Assembly: GCA_021734995.1 (NCBI GenBank)
Contig: JAIPHX010000003.1
Location: 11,969-75,968 of the forward strand
Origin: Minisyncoccota bacterium
GTDB taxonomy: Bacteria > Patescibacteriota > Minisyncoccia > Phycocordibacterales > UBA9973
Reading direction: 5' to 3'
Length of the DNA: 64,000 bases
Shown: in pieces, positions 58,545-64,000 of the stretch
Layout: every line of letters starts with the position of its first letter
Numbering within the stretch: the stretch's first letter is position 1
Made by a program: the position numbers and the translations under genes
The notes under the pieces: model-generated
Told to the model about the DNA's origin: nothing
Seen by the model: the letters and a program-made list of their open reading frames with translations, nothing else
Database searches by the model: none

Positions 58545-59972
58545 TTATTTCTTTGGAAACTTAGTCTCCATTAGATTGGGCACAGACTTTGTGAGTCCTA
58601 GAAGTGGACCAGATGAGATGAGAGCTATAATATCATCTTTCTTTACTATTTTATTTAACACAGAAAGTACTTCTTTTTCATTTTTTCCAGCATATACTTC
58701 TTTTTTATATTTTTTTATCTCAGTAACTATTTCTTGAAAACTCATTTGTTGGTGCGTGGTAGCTCCGTGAGTAGGAGGTGGAAGCACTATTACTACTTCA
58801 CTTGTTTCAAAAATATCTTTGTACCAAGCAGATGCTTGCTTGTTGCGCCAAGAAAAAGTATGAGGTTCAAAAATGGTAATAAGTTTTTTGTTTGGAAAGT
58901 GTAATTTTAAAGCAGAAAATACTGACTGAGCTTTTGAATATGAAGAACCAAATCCTTCATATATTTGGACAGAAGTTTTATCACTTTTTAAGTCTAGTCT
59001 TCCAGAAATTCCTTTAAAGCTAGCAATACTTTTTTGGAGTTCAGTAGGAGATAATAATTTTTTTTCTAAAAGAAAAGCGCTGACACCAATAATATTTTCT
59101 ATATTATGCATGCCTAACATTTTTGTAGATAGATTGATTATCTTTTTATTATTTTTATATAAATCAAAAGTTGTTTTCTCTCCATATTTTATATTTTCTG
59201 GATGCCATGTGGAATCTTTTGAAATTCCATAATCCACCTTTTTACTTTTTGTTTTACTTGTAATAGAAGCGACATTTTTGCCGTTTTTAGAATATATCAA
59301 AAGACCTTTTGCAGGCAGTAAAGATATAAATTTTTGATATGGTTTTATATAATCTTTTTCAGTAGGGAATACATTTATATGGTCATGCTCTGCTGAGGTA
59401 AAGATTGCATTTGTTGGATTTAAATGAAGAAATTTAGCACGAGGATCCCAGCCGGCAGAAGGGTATTCATCTCCTTCAAAGATAAAATGCCTGCTTTTAC
59501 TTAGATGTGCATTTTTTTTCATTCCAAGAGGCATTGCTCCGATAAAATATGATGGATTTTTTTTACTTTTTTCTAGGCACCATGCAAGTAGAGCAGAAGT
59601 AGTAGATTTACCAAAGCTCCCCACAACAATGGTATTTTCTGTCTTATTGGCAAGTAAGGCAAGACCTTCTGGTAGAGATTGGATAGGGATTCCAGAAGAA
59701 AATGCCTTTGCTACTTCTTCATTGGTATTTTTGTTTAGTCCAGCGTGATTACCTATGATGATAGTATCGGCATCTTCTGGAATATTTTCTGCACTATATT
59801 TAGTGTTAAATTTTATATTATTTTTTTTCAATAAACCCAATATTGGTTCATAAAAACCTTCGTCTGTGCCTGTTACTCTGAACCCTTTTTCTTTTAGAAG
59901 AATAGCTAAAGCAGACATTCCTTTTCCACAAATGCCAATGAGATGAATTTTTTTTGTTTTGTTCTTAATCAT
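58545..59972 (-). CDS. Mur ligase, Mpl/MurC-like
   Basis: IHLIGICG.GM, GSFGKSTT, EGDEY, EHDH, FEPHTFS. Confidence 0.85.
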   Translation of the reverse strand: MIKNKTKKIHLIGICGKGMSALAILLKEKGFRVTGTDEGFYEPILGLLKKNNIKFNTKYSAENIPEDADTIIIGNHAGLNKNTNEEVAKAFSSGIPIQSLPEGLALLANKTENTIVVGSFGKSTTSALLAWCLEKSKKNPSYFIGAMPLGMKKNAHLSKSRHFIFEGDEYPSAGWDPRAKFLHLNPTNAIFTSAEHDHINVFPTEKDYIKPYQKFISLLPAKGLLIYSKNGKNVASITSKTKSKKVDYGISKDSTWHPENIKYGEKTTFDLYKNNKKIINLSTKMLGMHNIENIIGVSAFLLEKKLLSPTELQKSIASFKGISGRLDLKSDKTSVQIYEGFGSSYSKAQSVFSALKLHFPNKKLITIFEPHTFSWRNKQASAWYKDIFETSEVVIVLPPPTHGATTHQQMSFQEIVTEIKKYKKEVYAGKNEKEVLSVLNKIVKKDDIIALISSGPLLGLTKSVPNLMETKFPKK

Positions 59973-61179
59973 TTTTTATTAAAATATCTTTTATTCCCAT
60001 GATTACCTCACCAAAAAGAATTTCTGAATTTGGACTAAAATCTTTTTCAAAAGAAATTAGATCTGCTGGGTATTCGTTCATTTCAGGAATAATCCCTGTG
60101 GTAAGATTGGCGGTCGGTATATTAAGAATATCGTATTTTTTAAAAATTTCCAATTGAGCCAGCTTTTCTTTGTATTCTGATAAATATTCTACTTGAATAA
60201 ATGAGCCAAAGCATTTAAAGCCATTTATGAAAGCAACTGTGATAAATACAAGTATAAGGGCAGGGCAGAGTTTGCCATCTGTGATTGCTTGGATTAAATC
60301 TTCTTTTTTTTCTGAATCTAAAGATAAAGAGAAGTTTTTTGAAACCAAAGAATCTTCTTTTAGATAGGCATTTTCCATTACTTCATATTTGCCTTTTGTT
60401 GTTTTAACATAAAACATAATCTCTTCTGGAAAAATACTTGTAAATTGGTCACGAGTGTTTTTGTCAAAAAGTATTTTATGTATTGGGTGGTCTTCTTTAT
60501 TTAAAATATTTTTTAAATATTCAGCAGTGATTTCATTTATATCCAAAAGAACAATATTTTCTTTTTTAAATATTTTTCTTTCAATATTCTCACAGCTATT
60601 CATTGCCCATTTTGTATAAGAAGCTCCAAGTTCTGCTTTTTCTAAAACATTTTTTAAATTTTCTGGTAAGGTCTTGATCATGTCTAAAAGTTTTTCAGGG
60701 ATAGTACTTCTGTATACAATAGCATCTTGTAAATTTGAATGAAAAAGATTCACAGAGTTTTCTTTTCGATTGATTCTGCCAGGTCTAGAAGAATTGGAGA
60801 AAGGGACACCTGAAAATACTGCTGATATATAATATTCATTTTCTGGTACAGCTAAAGAGCCAAGCCATTCTACGCATGACATTCTAGGGCTATAAGTGAC
60901 ACCCAAATGTGGAGCAGTTTGCAATACTCTTCTTTGGACTAGAGATTTTAAGGTAGCATCTTTTAGCACACTTTTTCCTGTTCGAACTAATTCTTTCTCA
61001 AAAGCTTCTTTTAATTCTTTTTCAATAGGTATGTCTGTATGCCAATCATTCAAATCCTTAGAATAGTCAATTGCTTTTTTGTCCCAATTTTTTTGTATAC
61101 ATTCAGCTAGATGGTGTTTGCCTTGTTTTTTTATGTTTTGAACTAAGTCCAATATTTCGCTTTCTAAATCTTTCTGCAT
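59965..61179 (-). CDS. Hypothetical protein coupled to the Mur ligase
   Basis: 404-aa ORF overlapping the downstream start by 8 bp. Confidence 0.7.
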   Translation of the reverse strand: MQKDLESEILDLVQNIKKQGKHHLAECIQKNWDKKAIDYSKDLNDWHTDIPIEKELKEAFEKELVRTGKSVLKDATLKSLVQRRVLQTAPHLGVTYSPRMSCVEWLGSLAVPENEYYISAVFSGVPFSNSSRPGRINRKENSVNLFHSNLQDAIVYRSTIPEKLLDMIKTLPENLKNVLEKAELGASYTKWAMNSCENIERKIFKKENIVLLDINEITAEYLKNILNKEDHPIHKILFDKNTRDQFTSIFPEEIMFYVKTTKGKYEVMENAYLKEDSLVSKNFSLSLDSEKKEDLIQAITDGKLCPALILVFITVAFINGFKCFGSFIQVEYLSEYKEKLAQLEIFKKYDILNIPTANLTTGIIPEMNEYPADLISFEKDFSPNSEILFGEVIMGIKDILIKND

Positions 61180-61275
61180 CTACATAATACTACTTTGATT
61201 GACGTTTATTTGCAAATTACCATAAAAGATATAATCTCTATACTTTTTGCTTAAATATTGTATAATATTGCGGTA

Positions 61276-62343
61276 ATGCGTTATAAACTATACACAAAAA
61301 CAGAAAAAGCTTGGGATGCAATGTTTCATACTATCAAACGCGCGCGACATTCTATTTTTTTAGAAATGTATATCTTTTCTGACGATACTAATTATGATTT
61401 TATAAATCTTTTGAAGCAAAAGTCCCAAGAAGGAGTAAGAGTAAAAATGATTTTAAATTCTTTCAAAAGTATTAGTTTTCTTACCCCAGCTACTTTAGAA
61501 AAATTACAAAGTGCTGGAGTGGAGATTCTTTTTTTTAAAGATTTATTAAGATATACACATAGAAAGATATTGATTGTAGATAAAAAGATTGCTTTTGTGG
61601 GTGGAATAAATATTTATAACTTTTTTAAAAAATGGGATGACTTGCAGATTAAGTTAGATGGAAGAATTGTTACTAGGATACTAAGCTCTTTTGCCAAGGT
61701 GTATCGTCTTTCCAGTGGGAAAGATGTAGATGTTTTAAAATATGAAAAAGAACATTATAAAGATAATAAAGGGAAGTTTGGATTTATAGAACACATACCA
61801 CCCAAAGATTCTTTTACTCTAAGTAAGTATTACAAAGACAAGATTGAATTTGCAAAAAAAAGTATTCTGATTACTACTCCGTATTTTATGCCAAGGGGTT
61901 GGATTCGTCGATCTCTGATAAGGGCTTCTAAGCGGGGAGTAAAAATAGATTTTATCATTCCTCAAGATGCCACAAGTCCAAAACTGGCAAATTTACCAAA
62001 TTATTTATATATGCGGAAATTGCATAAATATGGAATTAACTTTTTTTTAGTGGGAGATATGGTGCATAGCAAGATGATGCTTGTGGATGGGGTAGAGGGA
62101 ATTTTGGGATCGCAGAACATAGATATTCTTTCTTTTGATTTTAATATGGAGTCGGGTATATTTTTTTCAGATAAAAAAATAATGAAGGAGCTTACAGATA
62201 TTGCAGAAGTATGGAAAAGTAATTCTGTGATGTATGAGACTTCTATGGGTAATCATATTCTTTTTGATTATTTTTTGGATATTTGTTTTAGCTTGTTTGA
62301 GTATATTATTAGAGCCTTCAATCGTTTTACTAGGGCTTTTTAA
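61276..62343 (+). CDS. cls: Cardiolipin synthase / phospholipase D family
   Basis: Two HKD motifs: HRKILIVD...GGIN and HSKMMLVD...GSQN. Confidence 0.9.
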   Translation: MRYKLYTKTEKAWDAMFHTIKRARHSIFLEMYIFSDDTNYDFINLLKQKSQEGVRVKMILNSFKSISFLTPATLEKLQSAGVEILFFKDLLRYTHRKILIVDKKIAFVGGINIYNFFKKWDDLQIKLDGRIVTRILSSFAKVYRLSSGKDVDVLKYEKEHYKDNKGKFGFIEHIPPKDSFTLSKYYKDKIEFAKKSILITTPYFMPRGWIRRSLIRASKRGVKIDFIIPQDATSPKLANLPNYLYMRKLHKYGINFFLVGDMVHSKMMLVDGVEGILGSQNIDILSFDFNMESGIFFSDKKIMKELTDIAEVWKSNSVMYETSMGNHILFDYFLDICFSLFEYIIRAFNRFTRAF

Positions 62344-62398
62344 TTTTCTATTTTAGAGAGAACTTTGGTTCTTGCTGGCACCAAACAAAAAGCCTTTG

Positions 62399-63448
62399 TT
62401 ATTGCTTGGTATTGATTAGTCGCAAGATATAAGCTAGACGATGAGATAAAGCACTGATACCTGCCCCCAAAATTAGCATAAAAATGATTTCCATTATTCC
62501 ATATTTAAAAATTGGATAAGTAAAGACGATTGCCCCAATGACAAAATCTATTTGATCCCAAGGAACAAAAGATTCTCCTGAGGGGATATTATTTTTCCGT
62601 TTAAAAAATGATTTTATTAGATCTCCAAAGATAGCTCCAAAACCAAGCAAGAATCCAGTCATTAAAATGTATTCTGTAGAGATGGCAAGAGTAGTATTGG
62701 TGCTATCTTGTATCGATAAAATTATAGTATCTAGCCATCCGATTTTGTATAAAATAAAAGTGGCGAGTGTGCCTGCTAGTATTGCTCCAATAAATCCACG
62801 CCAAGTTTTATTTTTACCAAACAATTTTTCATTGATGGGGGATTGAAGCCATGAAAATTTTAGAAGTACAGGAGTCATATTGGCGATCATTGCAGGAAGT
62901 AATATTAGTAAGATATTTATAAAAAAATTAAAATCAAGTGCAATCTTTTTAGAAAAGATTAGAATCACGACCATTAAAGCATAAGTATATAGGCCGGCCA
63001 CTACATCATCTAGAATGACATTCATAGATGTTTGATTTTGGTATTTATTGATAGTACTTATAGGTGGTACTTTTTTTGAAATATCAAAGATGCGAAATAA
63101 AACAAGAGCGACAAATAGGTACAAAAGAACTTCATTAAAAAGCAGGTTGGCTTCAAACAAAAAAAGACCAGCAATCCACATTCCAATCCATTCATCTATT
63201 ACAATCCATCCCCAGTCTTTTTGACCTGCATTTTTTTGAGTATGTCTAATAGAGAATACCCCGATTAAAATAGATAAAATTAAAATTAAGATGTATGTTT
63301 CTTTATTTAAAAAAATAAAAGAAAGCAAAACAAAAAAGGCAGTCACAATACTAGCTAATGTCCCAGGGAAGGAGCTAATCTTTCCAACCCCAAATAGGTG
63401 AGCAAACATATTTATGATGGAGAAACTTTTTTTAATCTTGTCCGACAT
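62399..63448 (-). CDS. Fusion: phosphatidylglycerophosphatase A + CarS-like CDP-lipid synthase
   Basis: N-term PGT.AS, IVIDEWIG, FRIFDI.K, DDVVAG (PgpA); C-term PAM.ANM.PV, FG.NKTWRG, GDL.KSFFKR, PWDQID (CarS). Confidence 0.85.
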   Translation of the reverse strand: MSDKIKKSFSIINMFAHLFGVGKISSFPGTLASIVTAFFVLLSFIFLNKETYILILILSILIGVFSIRHTQKNAGQKDWGWIVIDEWIGMWIAGLFLFEANLLFNEVLLYLFVALVLFRIFDISKKVPPISTINKYQNQTSMNVILDDVVAGLYTYALMVVILIFSKKIALDFNFFINILLILLPAMIANMTPVLLKFSWLQSPINEKLFGKNKTWRGFIGAILAGTLATFILYKIGWLDTIILSIQDSTNTTLAISTEYILMTGFLLGFGAIFGDLIKSFFKRKNNIPSGESFVPWDQIDFVIGAIVFTYPIFKYGIMEIIFMLILGAGISALSHRLAYILRLINTKQ

Positions 63449-64000
63449 TTTTATATTTGAAAAAATGGTGATATGCCGACATAAAAGTAAATATAACAGT
63501 CAGCGTTAGATAGCTATACAAAAACATAGCAGGAATAAATGAAGTGGTAGAGTAAATAAGCAGGAACGGAATCAAGGTGATTTGGAGCACCATTTTGATT
63601 TTCCCTATTTTCTTTGCTTGAGTTTCAGGACCAACAGCAACCAAGGAATGATAGGCAAGTAAAGATTCTCCAAGGATGATAAGTATTGTAAATAGGTTGG
63701 AGCCGAAAGGAATAAGCAAAAAGATGATAAATATTTTGTCTGCAATTCTGTCCAATCTGCCACCAAAGAAAACATTGTGTTCACCTGTCTTTTGTAAATA
63801 TCTAGCTAAAACTCCATCCATGTAGTCTGTCAGAACAGCTATGAAATATAAAATTAAAAAAAGAATTAACAAAAAAGTGCTTTCATTTTTTAAAATACTC
63901 ATTGCTCCTAAGGCAAGCCATGGAGCAGAAAAAATCCTTGAATAAGAAAGCATGTTTGGACTAATACCATATTCATTGTGAAGGTAAAGGGCTATTTTTT
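63432..64000 (-). CDS. CDP-alcohol phosphatidyltransferase (PgsA-like), partial
   Basis: D..DG..AR...G..LD..AD motif; the frame stays open to the window end (…ISPNMLSYSRI), so the true start lies outside. Confidence 0.88.
   Translation of the reverse strand, partial: KIALYLHNEYGISPNMLSYSRIFSAPWLALGAMSILKNESTFLLILFLILYFIAVLTDYMDGVLARYLQKTGEHNVFFGGRLDRIADKIFIIFLLIPFGSNLFTILIILGESLLAYHSLVAVGPETQAKKIGKIKMVLQITLIPFLLIYSTTSFIPAMFLYSYLTLTVIFTFMSAYHHFFKYKNVGQD

Overview
AT-rich bacterial chromosome segment. The 16S rRNA signatures and reduced gene set point to Patescibacteria/CPR, probably Parcubacteria (inference). From left to right: (1) a lower-glycolysis cluster (eno partial, a minimal pyruvate kinase, gpmA, 2-hydroxyacid dehydrogenase), pyrD, cupin and corA; (2) tRNA-Gln(CTG) followed by a ~11.4 kb island with a large serine recombinase and inverted-repeat ends. 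Its defence cargo is a RecD-like helicase, an OLD nuclease, a type II R-M system whose C5 methyltransferase is fused to LexA, and an Mrr-like nuclease; it also carries a structured RNA leader; (3) an array of small nucleotide-acting enzymes, including MazG plus a GIY-YIG/DUF2075 helicase fused to a LexA/UmuD-type peptidase; (4) Nramp, thiol-redox genes, guaA and alkD; (5) a class-II cobalamin riboswitch with a terminator, heading a 4-gene operon of no known B12 function (acidic repeat protein, Clp AAA+ ATPase, small protein, VirD4/HerA-like ATPase), which is the best candidate for an undescribed system; (6) rnj, secG, a stand-alone 16S rRNA lacking the anti-SD, candidate sRNAs, a 26-aa histone-like microprotein, secA, radC, Mur ligases and a phospholipid cluster with a PgpA-CarS fusion. 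All calls come from motif recognition by eye; no searches were run.
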